Below, in pieces: positions 35,888 through 47,869 of a stretch of 64,000 nucleotides of DNA (positions are counted from its first letter, which is position 1; each line of letters opens with the position of its first letter). The DNA is from Podarcis muralis (lineage: Eukaryota), in NCBI RefSeq assembly GCF_964188315.1, contig NC_135660.1, positions 35,960,001 through 36,024,000 of the forward strand, written 5' to 3'. The position numbers were made by a program, and so were the translations under genes. The notes under the pieces were generated by a model that had not been told where the DNA came from, did not search any database, and saw only the letters and a list, made by a program, of their open reading frames with translations.

Positions 35888-37467
35888 TGTTTTTAAAATA
35901 TTTGTTCTATGTGTAGTATGCCGCTTAACAAGTTCATTCCTGGTCTCTTTCTAAAATTAAGCAAGTGAATCATTTCAACACTGGTACTATGAAGAAATGA
36001 ATGATTTTGGAAAGATGTATCACTTCCAGAAAACGTTGACTGTATACTATGCTATAAAATATATCACTACAAGATTCTATGGCATGAGCTAAACTAAAAG
36101 GAAAGAAGCTTTCGTTAGAGTAATATAGTCTCCCTGTGCAGTCTCGGATGGATTACCCTCTGCACTTATTTATGGACTTTTGAGTAGAGAGAGCTGGTCC
36201 TAAGAACTGTGTCAGGGAAATTTTTGCTAGGTTTTACTTCCATTTATACAGGATGCCTTGCTCGCTTTACCCTTACATGTGGCATAGCATTCTGCTTGTG
36301 CCAAGTGGTCAAAAATTCCTTGGGGCACAGGGGACAAATATGTATATAAACCTCTTATAACTTATTACCTGAAGACCAATTCCAAGCTGTACAAACAACT
36401 GAAATAAATTGTTAAAACAGAAATATACTACTCTGAATTATTGTGTGTTATAATTGAGTCCTATTAGTACTGGGTGATTTTCTGTTTGACTGGAATACAT
36501 ACTTTTTTTACAATATTTATGTGATTGACTAATGTCAAATTGTGAACTTTCCCTGGAGATAAATATGTAGACCCCTTTGATAAGCTGGACTACTGTATGT
36601 GTAAACTCTCCCTGATGGAAATGGTAGTGCTAGTTTTCCTGTTTTGTTTTCGTAGAAGCCTTGTAGCAAAATACACATTTCACACAGGTACGATGTCTCA
36701 GCATTTTTGCAGAGACAGGCTGTCTGGGAGTTTGTTCAAGGTCTGTGAGGAGTGTTTAACTGGATCTCAGCCCTCAAATTCTGGGGTGGAGCAGAAACTG
36801 AAGACAGCTGACTTGGGCAGGGCTATTTCACAAAACTATACAGATACAAATCCTGTCCGTCTCCCCAAGAGAACACACTCAGTAGAATGCACCAGTAAAC
36901 TGCAGCTCCCTAATAAGTATAACACATACATCACCTGCATTGATTTTTTATATTTTTAGGTGCAGACACAAACCATCTTGAGGGTATTCCTTAAATATTC
37001 AATGTGTGAAGTGGCCTTCAGATGAAACTCTTGGATACTTCCAGAGGGCACATGGGAACTGCAGTTGTTACTGTTGTAAAAGTTTACATGCTTGGAAAAT
37101 GAACTACTAGTATTAATATATTCTAAATGAGTTGCTTTGCGACTTCAGCTGTGGGTGGATGTTGAGACATGGTAATTCATAAAGGAAATAATCAACTGAG
37201 ACTATAATGTGGTGACTATAGCTGATCAAGTCTCCATATGCTGCCACACACAATAGGGACAGGATTCCTCTTGAAAGGAAGCACTTGGGAGTTCTTTCAG
37301 CAGAAGCACTGTTGTATGATGCAAGTTTAAGAGCAGAGAGCTATCATGCTCTGGTTGCTGGGCTTTCCCTTTCATGCATATGAGTGGCTTGTACGTCATT
37401 TCACTAGTGGACTAGGAGAATGGTTCCAAGTGCCCTTTTACAGAAGTATTAGTGTAGGTTTACATTA

Positions 37468-37727
37468 CAGTGGTGCCCCGCAAGACGAATGCCTCGCAAG
37501 ACGAAAAACTCGCTAGACGAAAGGGTTTTCCGTTTTTTGAGTCGTTCCGCAAGACGAATTTCCCTATGGGCTTGCTTCGCAAGACGAAACGTCTTGCAGT
37601 TCTTGCGAGTTTGTTTCCTTTTTATTTAAGCCGCTAATAGCCGCTAAGCCGTTAATAGCCGTGTTTCGCAAGACGAAAAAACCGCAAGACGATTAACGGA
37701 TTAATTTCGTCTTGCGAGGCACCACTG
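37468..37727. mobile_element. Tc1/Tigger-like MITE with multiple CAAGACGA internal repeats
   Basis: TA|CAGTGGTGCCCCGCAAGACGAA ... TTCGTCTTGCGAGGCACCACTG|TA. Confidence 0.88.
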
Positions 37728-37912
37728 TATTCCTGATGGTTCTCTAATTCCATGTTGTGTGAGGGCGATGACCATGATGAAAACAAGAGAGGGAAAGGAG
37801 AATTAAATTCCAACTGTAATATGTATAACAATTGTGGATTAAGGTTAGGTTTAAAAACAAAACAAAGCAGCAACTTCAAATTACAAGCAGGCAGCAAATT
37901 GCCAAAAGCTTA

Positions 37913-38260
37913 AAAGGTAATGGTAAAGGTACCCCTGACCATTAGGTCCAGTCACAGATGACTGGGGTTGCGGCACTCATCTCGCTCTATAGGCCGAGGG
38001 AGACAGAGTTCGCAGACAGCTTCCAGGTCATGTGGCCAACATGACTATGCCGCTTCTGGCGAACCAGAGCACTGCACCGAAACGCTGTTTACCTTCCCGC
38101 TGGAGCAGTACCTATTTATCTGTTTGCACTTTAATGTGCTTTCAAACCGCTAGGTTGGCAGGAGCTGGGACCGAGCAACAGAAGCTCACCCCTTCGCGGG
38201 GATTTGAGCTGCCGACATTCTGATCGGCAAGCCCTAGGCTCAGTGGTTTAGACCACAGCG
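37913..38260 (-). mobile_element. Sauria SINE, slightly 5'-truncated
   Basis: Begins with the AAAGGTAATGGTAAAGGT tail (reverse complement) and the reverse complement of the core. Confidence 0.88.
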
Positions 38261-39149
38261 CAAATGCTGATAGGATTGAAGCCCTAGCTCCACTGAAGTA
38301 AGCAGGCATGCTGCAGTCTAGAGTAGATTGGGGAGTAGGCCTCATGAAGAGAATTGGAACTGATGTGCGTTTAACTAAGATTCAAGTTGAGTCCAGCTTC
38401 ATCTGAGGTTTGTTTATTGATAACAAACTAAGTTCGCTCAAGGTGTTCTGCCTAATCTAGTAGGTGTAAATGATGGTGGAAGTCCATTAAATTTGCTGTA
38501 GAATGTCTATGCTAGGCAACAAGTAGGAAAATTATAAACAATTCTACATGGTGGAGCTGCTACCTCATATGTCACATGAGAGGCACTGTACAGACCCAAG
38601 AGATAAAGTTCTTGTCCTCATGGAACTAGAATATCCTGACAGTGGAAATGCTCAGGGGGGGTTGATTATATAATGTTTGTGCATTCTCTTTACCTTCAGT
38701 GCAAGAGAGGTACAATTCTGTAGGAGTGTTAAAAGGCTGTATTAGCAAGTCTGCACACAAAGTCTTTGTGATATGTTTTTATATTAAATTCATGTTTCAG
38801 TGAAAGTGAATGACGGGAGATGTGCACCTGGCAGCCTGAGAATCTCTGTTCTGGTTTTGAATGTAATACCCAGTACAGTTTGGAAATATGACATCCTCCA
38901 GTAAATGTGTCAGGGTTCTGCCTGCCCAGACATTGTATCTGAGGTCTTCTCAGAGGTAAGAGCAAGGGGAGCAGGACCCTCCAGTAGATCTCCACACTGC
39001 AAGTGACCCTGAAAAACCATTTGATCCAGATATCCCTGGCCTATGACTGGAGCTGCCTGGGCTTCTGGCTAACTGAAATCCCCCCGCCCCCAATCTCTTC
39101 CAGGGTCACAGGTGCAGAATACATAGTGAGGCAGGCAAGAGTTTCAGAG

Positions 39150-39287
39150 CAGGCTTCCTCAACCTCAGCCCTCCAGGTGTTTTGAGACTACAGTTCCCAG
39201 CACCCCTGACCACTAGTCCTCCTAGCTAGGGATCATGGGAGTTGTAGGCCAAAAAAATATCTGGAGGGCCGAGGTTGAGGAAGCCTG
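39150..39287. mobile_element. Palindromic hAT-type MITE
   Basis: CAGGCTTCCTCAACCTC ... GAGGTTGAGGAAGCCTG; flanking duplication GTTTCAGAG. Confidence 0.82.
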
Positions 39288-39429
39288 GTTTCAGAGCCAC
39301 TGCTGCTGTGTATGCCTAGCTGCACACGAGGCTACTCAGAAGGAGGGGGAAGCAAATGGAAGCACCTGTCTGAATCAGGGCCTGAGTGGGAAGGTGTGAT
39401 GCCTCTTGCTCCTACATGAGCCTCTAACC

Positions 39430-39566
39430 AGCCTTTCTCAACCTGTGGGTCCCCAGATGTTTTGGGACTACAATTCCCATCACCCCTAGCTAGCAAGGCC
39501 AGAGCTCAGGGATGATGGGAGTTGTAGTCCAACAACATCTGGGGACCCACAGGATGAGAACCACTG
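39430..39566. mobile_element. Palindromic hAT-type MITE (degenerate)
   Basis: CTCAACCTGTGGGTCCCCAGATGTT...AACATCTGGGGACCCACAGGATGAG inverted arms; TSD not evident. Confidence 0.65.
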
Positions 39567-40293
39567 CGAGCTGTGGCACTGCAGACCCAACAACTCTCTC
39601 CCACATTCCCAACTTGGAGAAATGGACACTGGGAGAAACGCTTAGAACTTGGAAACGTAGAGAGAGCTGTGTGTTGGTTGGAGCATCACTGGAGTTCACA
39701 AGCTTTCTTTGGAAAACTGATACAGGACTGTCAACTGTGGTGTCTGCTTGGATGAGTGCCTGTTTGCTTCCAATATGCTTTAGTGGTATATTTGTAAGTA
39801 AAACAAGTTCTACAAATATAGAATATGTCTCCAGTGATCTCTCATTTGTCATCTGGAGCTTTTGAAACTGTGATGGTGAATAACTATTTATCCTTTTCCC
39901 AAAGAGCTAATGTTACTTACTTTTTATGCCGTTCTTTTACAGCATGCTGCTTTCAAAGTTTATGTTTTTAAATTGTTTGTGTAATTGTGATTCTTTGTAA
40001 ACTACTCGGATTAGGGTGGAAGATGTGAATTCCTGGAAGGAAGGGAGCAATTTAATTTGTGTGCTTCTGCCAGAGAAATGTGCTAACAACAGCTATGTAA
40101 AAAGAAGAAGAAAGAAAAGCTAATCACTATGTGTTTTGGGTGTGACTATTGAGAAGAAGGAAAGCAGCCCTAATTTCCTAACAGCAGGGGACAGCAGTTT
40201 GCTGCAGGAAGGCCAAATGAAACCTTAAGCAAATATCCTCAAATGTAAAGCAGCATAATGTATCTTTCCTTAGCGGATATATAAACACTTGTA

Positions 40294-40482
40294 CACTGGT
40301 ACCTCGGGTTAAGTACTTAATTCGTTCTTAACCTGAAGCACCACTTTAGCTAATGGGGCCTCCTGCTGCCACCACGCCGCCGGAGCACAATTTCTGTTCT
40401 CATCCTGAAGCAAAGTTCTTAACCTGAAGCACTATTTCTGGGTTAGCGTAACCTGAAGCGTATGTAACCTGAGGTACCACTG
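40294..40482. mobile_element. MITE family A copy with internal deletions
   Basis: TA|CACTGGTACCTCGGGTTAAG ... GAGGTACCACTG|TA. Confidence 0.88.
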
Positions 40483-41039
40483 TAAATAAAAAGTGGTATA
40501 TTTGTTTTATAAAGAAATAACAAGCCATGGTAACACCTGAGGACTGATCATGCTGATAGAAAGTTGAACAGTGGTTGGAAATGAAAAACAGAAACAGGTG
40601 GAAAAACCTGCTGAAAGAGGATCTGACTGGCTGACCGCCGGAACGCTGAACAAGAGCACTCCTATTAGAAGATGAGAATGCAGCACAAAGTTTTGTACAG
40701 AGCTTACTTGTTAGAATGTATTTTCATCGCCTTATGGCTCAGTTCTGGAAACATGAAGTAATAACGTCTGAGCGTGTGCAAAGTACCTTTCAAGCACTGA
40801 GAAGTCATTGCAAGCCTCTGTAATAACACTCTGCAAGATGGCTTTAATATTTTTCATTAAGCCGGGAGGGAGGGTGGTTTGGCTGAACAGGTATTCAATT
40901 GAATGTGGGACAGCAGGATGCAAAAAAATCAGATGGAAACAAGTCTAAAATGCTGCTCAAACCCGGGTGCGTCCATACTCTGAGTCTGCTCAATTGAGCA
41001 GGATATGGGCTATTTTTTCTCAGCCCACAATTAAAACTA

Positions 41040-41265
41040 CAGTGGTACCTTGGGTTAAGTACTTAATTCGTTCCGGAGGTCCGTTCTTAACCTGAAACTG
41101 TTCTTAACCTGAAGCACCACTTTAGCTAATGGGGCCTCCTGCTGCTGCCGTGCCGCCGGAGCACGATTTCTGTTTTCATCCTGAAGCAAAGTTCTTAACC
41201 TGAAGCACTACTTCCGGGTTAGCGGAGTCTGTAACCTGAAGCGTATGTAACCCGAGGTACCACTG
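41040..41265. mobile_element. MITE family A copy
   Basis: TA|CAGTGGTACCTTGGG ... CGAGGTACCACTG|TA. Confidence 0.9.
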
Positions 41266-42468
41266 TAACTCCTTTGCTTTGGTGGGCAGGGGAGGAGGTT
41301 GGAGTCTTTCATAGGCAGCCAATAACTTGCAAGGATTCTAATTGCAAAACAAACATGAACCAAAATAATTGTTTCTGTTTTAGGGAAGTAAGTGCTACTG
41401 TTTTTGAGAGGCTGAATAGTTTTTGAAAGAGGAAAAACTACATGCACTCAGAAGCAAGGGTATTTTTGTGTGTGGTGTCTTAAAAACCTTGATGTACATA
41501 AGGAGGGCCTGCTGGATCAGGCCAATGGCCCAACAAGTCCAACATCCTGTTCTCAGTGGCCAACCAGATGCCTCTGGGAAACCCCTGAGCACAAGAACAC
41601 TCTCTCCCCTCCTGTGGTTTCCAGAAACTGATGCAGTATGAGTTCCCTTAAAAAAATTGCATGAATGTGTAGTATGGCTTAATTCCCCCACCATTTTAAA
41701 ATGAATTTTCAGGAAACAACTAGAGAACTCAAAGCAGGCCATCTCCAATTGCAACTTACAGGCAGAACAGCCCTGTTTAGCTACTCTGTAAATGGTACTT
41801 AAAGAAGGCACAATTCACAAAGTGTTGTAGAAAGTGAGTCTACCACTTCCACAGTGTGGTATTTATTTGACAAAATTTATACACCTGTTTAAAAGAAAGG
41901 CAAGTGGTTTACAATAACATTATTAAATATATATTAAAATTATAAATAAAACAGTTAAAATGGGTATTAAAAATATTCAAAAGGTTATTAAAATAAACAG
42001 TAGCTAAAATAACAAGATGTAACTTTTGCCTGTCTGGGTAGGCTTTTCTAAACAAAAATGTTTTAACCAGGCACTGGAAAGATTACAGTGAAGATGGCTG
42101 CCTGATGCCTATAAGCAGGGGCTTCCAAAAGTAGGGCTGCTACACTTAGACATTGGTTTTTTCACAAGGGCAGAACAAGTATTGTGTGACTACCAAAATA
42201 GTGCCCATTCTGCAGATTGAAGCAATCAAGTGGGCATGTGTGGGGTATGGTGTAAACTGGCCTCAAGGTAATGTGGCCCAGTAGCAAATAGGCAAATGGC
42301 GCAGATCTCTGAGCAATTGACTGATGTCTCAGACACTGGAATCATTTACAGTGCCTCCGTCTTGCCAGGATTAAAGCTTTTTCTCACCCATCCCACCACT
42401 GCATCCAGGTGCCCAGGGCCCGCAGAGCATTTCTTGATTCAAAAGTTATGGAGGAGTAGAGCTCAGTA

Positions 42469-43272
42469 CAGGGTCAGATTTAAGTTTGATGAGGCCCTAA
42501 GCTACTGAGGGTAATGGGGCCCTTGTATGTCCAGCTGTCCTTTGTCAACAACAAATTGTTGCTGTTTTTTGTGTTGAATGTATCCTATATGGTAATTTAT
42601 AGACCTAATAGGTATCTAAAGCCATTTGCACATGTTGCCATGCAACCAGTCCAGGCAGAATGTAGGCACTCTATATATAGAAATGAGCAAACCAGTGATA
42701 TTTTAGGGAGCAGGCTAGCAGGCAAGGTCCATTACTTACACCATAGGCGCCTACACAACACAAAACACTGTTGTTGTATGTAGGTTTTAATTTATTTGTT
42801 TTTTATCTTATATTTTGGAAATGTACATCCAGTTTTGACCCCTTTAATTTTTTGGGGGGCCCCTAAGAGAGTGGGTGGCGCTGTGGGTTAAATCACAGAG
42901 CCTAGGACTTGCGGATCAGAAGGTCGGCAGTTCGAATCCCCGCAATGGGGTGAGCTCCTGTTGCTCGGTCCCTGCTCCTGCCAACCTAGCAGTTCGAAAG
43001 CACGTCAAAGTGCAAGTAGATAAATAGGTACCGCTCTGGCGGGAAGGTAAACGGCATTTCCGTGTGCTGCTCTGGTTTGCCAGAAGCAGCTTAGTCATGC
43101 TGGCCACATGACCTGGAAGCTGTACGCCGGCTCCCTCGGTCAATAAAGCGAGATGAGCGCCGCAACCCCAGAATCGGTCACGACTGGACCTAATGGTCAG
43201 GGGTCCCTTTACCTTTAAGAGAGTGGGGCCCTAAGCTATAGCTTGTTTAGCTTATACATAAATCCGGCACTG
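42469..43272. mobile_element. hAT-type MITE inserted in L2, itself carrying a SINE
   Basis: Ends CAGGGTCAGATTTA ... TAAATCCGGCACTG; decayed 8-bp TSD GCTCAGTA / GCTGAGTG. Confidence 0.7.
42876..43215 (+). mobile_element. Sauria SINE
   Basis: TGGCGCTGTGGG...GTTCGAATCCC...CCCTTTACCTT; TSD TAAGAGAGTGGG at 42864-42875 and 43216-43227. Confidence 0.9.
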
Positions 43273-43400
43273 GCTGAGTGTCATCAGTGTAGTCAAGGCA
43301 CCTTGCCCCAAAGCTCCTCCTAATGACCTCTCCCAGCGGCTTCATGTAGATATTAAATAACATTGAGGATAGAATAGTATCCTGCAGCATCCCACTAAAC

Positions 43401-43874
43401 CAGGGGTCTGCAACCTTTAAGACAAAAAGAGCCACTTGGACCCGTTTCCGAAGAAAACAAAACTGGGAGCCGCAAAACACGTCATTATAAAAATAACTTT
43501 TTTGTCACTTTTTAAAATTATTTCTTTGTTTGACCCCTCAGAATTACTCCTCCTCATAGAAATAAACGTTAAATTAACAAGTTACCTTTTTGTGTGTGTG
43601 TGTGTGTGTTCTTCACTCCCCTTCAAAACAGTGACCAGAGTACATGCCCCTTACAATGTAGCAGGCGGGCGGGCGGGAAGGTGACGTCGGGACGGTGCGT
43701 GACTAATGCACACACTGCCCCCATGCGACGTCACAGCCAATACAGCGCCCGCCACAGTGGGGAGTGTCGGGGCGCACAATGCGCCTCCTCCCCTCGCTAG
43801 TATCCGCCCCGGAGCCGCGGCAAAGGTGTAAAAGAGCCACATGCGGCTCCGGAGCCGCGGGTTGCAGACCCCTG
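43401..43874. mobile_element. hAT MITE inserted in L2
   Basis: TIR CAGGGGTCTGCAACC / GGTTGCAGACCCCTG; perfect 8-bp TSD CACTAAAC. Confidence 0.92.
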
Positions 43875-44349
43875 CACTAAACTAACCACTAGAGAGCCCC
43901 AAAGCACTACCCCAGTGCTACTGTCTGGACACTGTCCTGCGGGGTAGACCAGGCCCTCTATAACACAGTGCCCCCTAATTCCAACTCCACAGAGCTGGTC
44001 TAGGAGGATGCCATGGGGAATGGTACCAAAACAGATGGAGAAGCCGGAGCAAGGTCACACTCCTCTCGTCCCGTTCTCAGGGAGACCAAGCCCAACTCAG
44101 TCCCATATCCAGGACTGAAGCCAGAGTGGAGCAGTTTTAAATAATCTGCGTCATTCAAGAGTACTTGCAGCTGCCTCACCACAATTCTCTTTGCCACCAT
44201 TCCAAGAAGAGGGTCTGAGTCTTTGGAGGCTCATAAGAATAGTTACTTCTGTTAATCAAGCTAAGAAACGGAAACTATGCAATGCCAAACATGTCATGCT
44301 TATCTGTGTCTCTCTTTACTAGGTTGGGTCATATGTTCTGAAACAACTA

Positions 44350-44607
44350 CAGTGGTACCTCGGTTTACATACGCTTCAGGTTACATACGCTTCAGGTTAC
44401 ATACGCTTCAGGTTACAGACTCCGCTAACCCAGAAATAGTACCTCGGGTTAAGAACTTTGCTTCAGGATGAGAACAGAAATCGTGCTCCGGCGGTGCGGC
44501 AGCAGCAGGAGGCCCCATTAGCTAAAGTGGTGCTTCAGGTTAAGAACAGTTTCAGGTTAAGTACGGACCTCCAGAACAAATTAAGTACTTAACCCGAGGT
44601 ACCACAG
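44350..44607. mobile_element. MITE family A copy with triplicated 16-bp unit
   Basis: TA|CAGTGGTACCTC ... GAGGTACCACAG|TA. Confidence 0.9.
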
Positions 44608-45235
44608 TACTTCACACCCTTTGACCCCTTCCTTTGTGGGCCCTTCCGCTAACTTAATTTCTAAATGAGAGGTGCTAGGATTTCGCTCTGTCTTGAAGTC
44701 ATGCTTGCCGTAGGTGGAGGTCACTCTCTCATGGGCACGTTCTCTCTGAGGGCTGAGTCTCGGTTCCCATTTTGTACTCTGGGATGGACATCCTTGCAAA
44801 TCTTCTTAACTATGAAGAATGGCGTTTTGCTTGGGAAAATCCACAGAAGCAGCAAGTGGGAAAGGATCAGGAATCTGCTTTTGTGGATTTTGTTGAGGGG
44901 GGAAAAAGTGGCAATGTTACTGTAAAATATGCTTGCGCTATTCTTAGCTGGTGTATTTTATCCCTGGGGACAAAATCTGAATAAAATAAAAGAAGAGGTA
45001 GTGACTTTTCAGGTTCTACTATACACACTGAGGAACATCATCTTGATGTTCAAAGAGTGGCTACATTCAACTTACGGTGTGTATGATTACAGGGACCGTT
45101 CTTTTTGGTCGGGGTTTTACAGCTTCCTGGAGACACCACCTAGTGATGTTTTTGGAACTCTGGCAACACTTTTTGTCCCTCTCCCAACCAGGACTGATAG
45201 GAACAAAAACAACAAAGAGCCTGATTGCACCTTAA

Positions 45236-45419
45236 AGGCTGCATGCAACACACCACATATTGAAAAAAACATTTACCCTCTCCCACAAAAGAATCCTGAG
45301 AACTAATTTACCCCTCACAGAGCTACAATTTTCAGCACCCATGGCAAATTACATTTCCTAGGATTATTGGGGCATGTGTTCTTTAAATGTGCTTTAAATG
45401 TAAGGTGTGCATGTAGCCC
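45236..45419. mobile_element. Degenerate Harbinger-like MITE; similar remnants at ~55829-55935 and ~56100-56282
   Basis: Imperfect inverted ends GGCTGCATGCAACACACCACAT ... GGTGTGCATGTAGCC, and a shared core CCCTCACAGAGCTACA.TTCCCAGCACCC. The superfamily assignment is from recall. Confidence 0.45.
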
Positions 45420-45999
45420 TCGCACATGAATTATTATGCCATAAAATGTATTACAGCAAAATTTTGTCTGCAGAAGTAGTCCCTAGTCCACAAATCCTTC
45501 GGCCGCAATGTTAGTCTTTAAGTGCCACAGGACTCTTATTTTTCTTTCTATATCGATAACAAAGCAGCAGTTGCTAATGGCTTCAAAGATTTGCCCTGCA
45601 CAGCTTCCTTCCTCTCATTTCCCTTCTTCTCAGCTCCTTCTCATTTTCGAGTGGCTTGCACAGCCTCGACCTTTCCGTGTGCAACTGCTGAGCTCTGGCT
45701 GGGGGTTGCTGGGTGAAGCAACTGGCTCTGTGATCCATGTGACTGCAGTTTCCGTTGCTTAGTTCCTTCCGCAAGTTCTAAAATAATCTGATATTAAGTG
45801 AGAGGGCAAACAGCTAATTTTAATATTATTTGTAGAGATACAGCAAGAAAAGAGGGCACGGGCTGGAGCAGAATGAACGTCCCAGACCTGAGCGTATTGC
45901 TCCTACCCCCGGTGAGTAAGAACCTCAAGATTTGCCTCCATTCTTTGCCTGAAAAAGGGGTGTGGGGTGGGGGTGGGGGTGATGGTAACCAAAAGGAAC

Positions 46000-46400
46000 C
46001 ATTCCACAGCTGCTGTTTCATTCTGAACACCTACACTGCAAAAAGGCAGTCGGCGTTTTGCGGCGTGGTTGAGCTCACCAAGAACGTGTATCAGTTCCAT
46101 GTGGTGTGGTTCTGGAATTACACGATGGAGGGTTCTGTAATACAGAGGTGCTTCATAAAATAGATATATGAAGGAGAGATTAGGCAGCGAGGTGGTTGCT
46201 GAGAACTCTCCAGTCTCACTCCAAGGCATCTGCCACTCAGCGTCTTTGAAGAGTTACAGGGCATCGAGAGCGCAAGGACCAAACTGAGAAGGCAGGACAG
46301 ATGGTGAGTGAAGTCCTGAAAGGCCTTTGTGATGGCAAAGAAAAAGAGTCATTAAGCGGGGGAGGAACTTGGGGTCAATAACTTCGCTAGTCATTGGCAA
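46000..46400 (+). promoter_or_regulatory. NRROS: Candidate NRROS promoter / non-coding exon 1 ending at 46303
   Basis: Strong donor CAGATG|GTGAGT at 46304; RUNX-type TGTGGT motifs at ~46100-46110; PU.1-type GGAGGAACTT at ~46361-46370. NRROS is myeloid-expressed. Inference only. Confidence 0.45.
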
Positions 46401-46890
46401 GGCGAGAAAGGATGTTGGGGATCCCTGCTTTGACAGTCAATCTACTTTGTAAAATTAAAAAAGCTTCATGCCTAACTAATATATAGTCTCAGAAATAAAT
46501 CTCCTTACTAGGTTAAAAATCAGTCTTGCTTTTCATCTTAGAGGACTATGAGTACTTTCAGGAATGGGGCAAATATGATGGAGGAAATGGTATGATGAGA
46601 ACAAAGAGTTAATTCCCCCTCCCTCAGCAGCACTGCTCTGATCCACCAGGCACCCACCCACCCACAGCAACCTTTCTGTAAAATTAAACATGTCAAACCC
46701 AATCATGGATCTCTAATGTCAAATGGGATCTGGCCCTACGCTTCCACTTGGAGGCAAGATCATTTCCAGAGAGCTAAGGGTTCACAGAATGTGCCCCACT
46801 TTTGCCTTTAGTAAACAGGTTTTGCAAAACACGCTTGAACAGAAGTGACAGCTGGCTAGACAAAATATATGTGCACATCATCAGACCCAA

Positions 46891-47214
46891 GGGACGCGAG
46901 TGGCACTGTGGGTTAAACCACAGAGCCTAGGGCTTGCCGATCAGAAGGTCGGCGGTTCAGATTCCCACAATGGGGTGAGCTCCCGTTGCTCGGTCCCTGC
47001 TCCTGCCAACCTAGCAGTTCGAAAGCATGTCAAAGTGCAAGTAGATAAATAGGTACCACTCCGGTGGTTTGCCAGAAGTGGCTTAGTCATGCTGGCCACA
47101 TGACCCAGAAACTGTACGCCAGCTTCCTCAGCCAGTAAAGTGAGATGAGCGCCACAACCCCAGAGTCGGTCACGACTGGACCTAATGGTCAGGGGTCCCT
47201 TTACCTTTACCTTA
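46891..47214 (+). mobile_element. Sauria SINE
   Basis: GGGACGCGAGTGGCACTGTGGG head, CCTTTACCTTTAC tail, TSD CATCAGACCCA at 46879-46889 and 47215-47225. Confidence 0.9.
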
Positions 47215-47627
47215 CATCAGACCCAGCTTCAGATTTGGGGGGAAGCTGGGCAGGCTGCCCTTAGTAGCACCCAGTGCTGACAGGACCTGTTGCCCAGAAC
47301 CTGCTGCTATGTCACTCTGCCTCCTCTGGCCATGGTGCTGCTGCTGCCACAATCAGCCCCCCCCCCCCCATATTTGCAAGCTTTGCTGGTGGCGGTAGCA
47401 GCACATGGGCCCCAGCAAATGCCTTAGAACAGTGGGTGTTGATGCTGGTCTGCATAACATTGGAAAGGGAAGGCTCCTTCAAATCACCTTTAACTTGGGT
47501 TGCGCACACATTAGCGGCTTAAAATGTAGTGAGGTCATTTTCCCCTGCTGTGCTTTGAGTGCTTTTTTACATTGTGGTACACACCAGATGCACATTACCT
47601 GATTTGTTTCCCCATGCCAAACTTGTA

Positions 47628-47869
47628 CAGTGGTACCTCGGGTTAAGTACTTAATTCGTTCTGGAGGTCTGTTCTTAACCTGAAACTGTTCTTAACCTGA
47701 AGCACCACTTTAGCTAATGGGGCCTCCTGCTGCCGCCGCGCCACCGGAGCACGATTTCTGTTCTTATCCCGAAGCAAAGTTCTTAACCTGAAGCACTATT
47801 TCTGGGTTAGCAGAGTCTGTAACCTGGAGCGTATGTAACCTGAAGTGTATGTAACCCGAGGTACCACTG
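47628..47869. mobile_element. MITE family A copy
   Basis: TA|CAGTGGTACCTCGGG ... CGAGGTACCACTG|TA. Confidence 0.9.

Larger units (their letters stand above)
41860..44210 (-). mobile_element. Degenerate L2 LINE (RT to 3' end), split by two hAT MITEs and a SINE
   Basis: Minus-strand pieces read ...HSGFSPGYGTE..., SMLFNIYMKPLGEVIR, and YTDDTQ|LYSSITFES rejoined across the 42469-43272 insertion. A typical L2 3' end lies at ~41860-42250. Confidence 0.75.

Noticed and set aside
37468-37727. CRISPR-like regularly recurring short repeat
   Set aside because: Eukaryotic DNA, 8-bp motif with irregular spacing, bounded by TIRs and TA TSD; this is a MITE.
44665-45306. Adjacent ORFs of 70-125 aa (possible retrocopy or viral remnant)
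   Set aside because: No motif I can recognise, no poly(A)/TSD structure; only a tblastn/blastx hit could rescue it.
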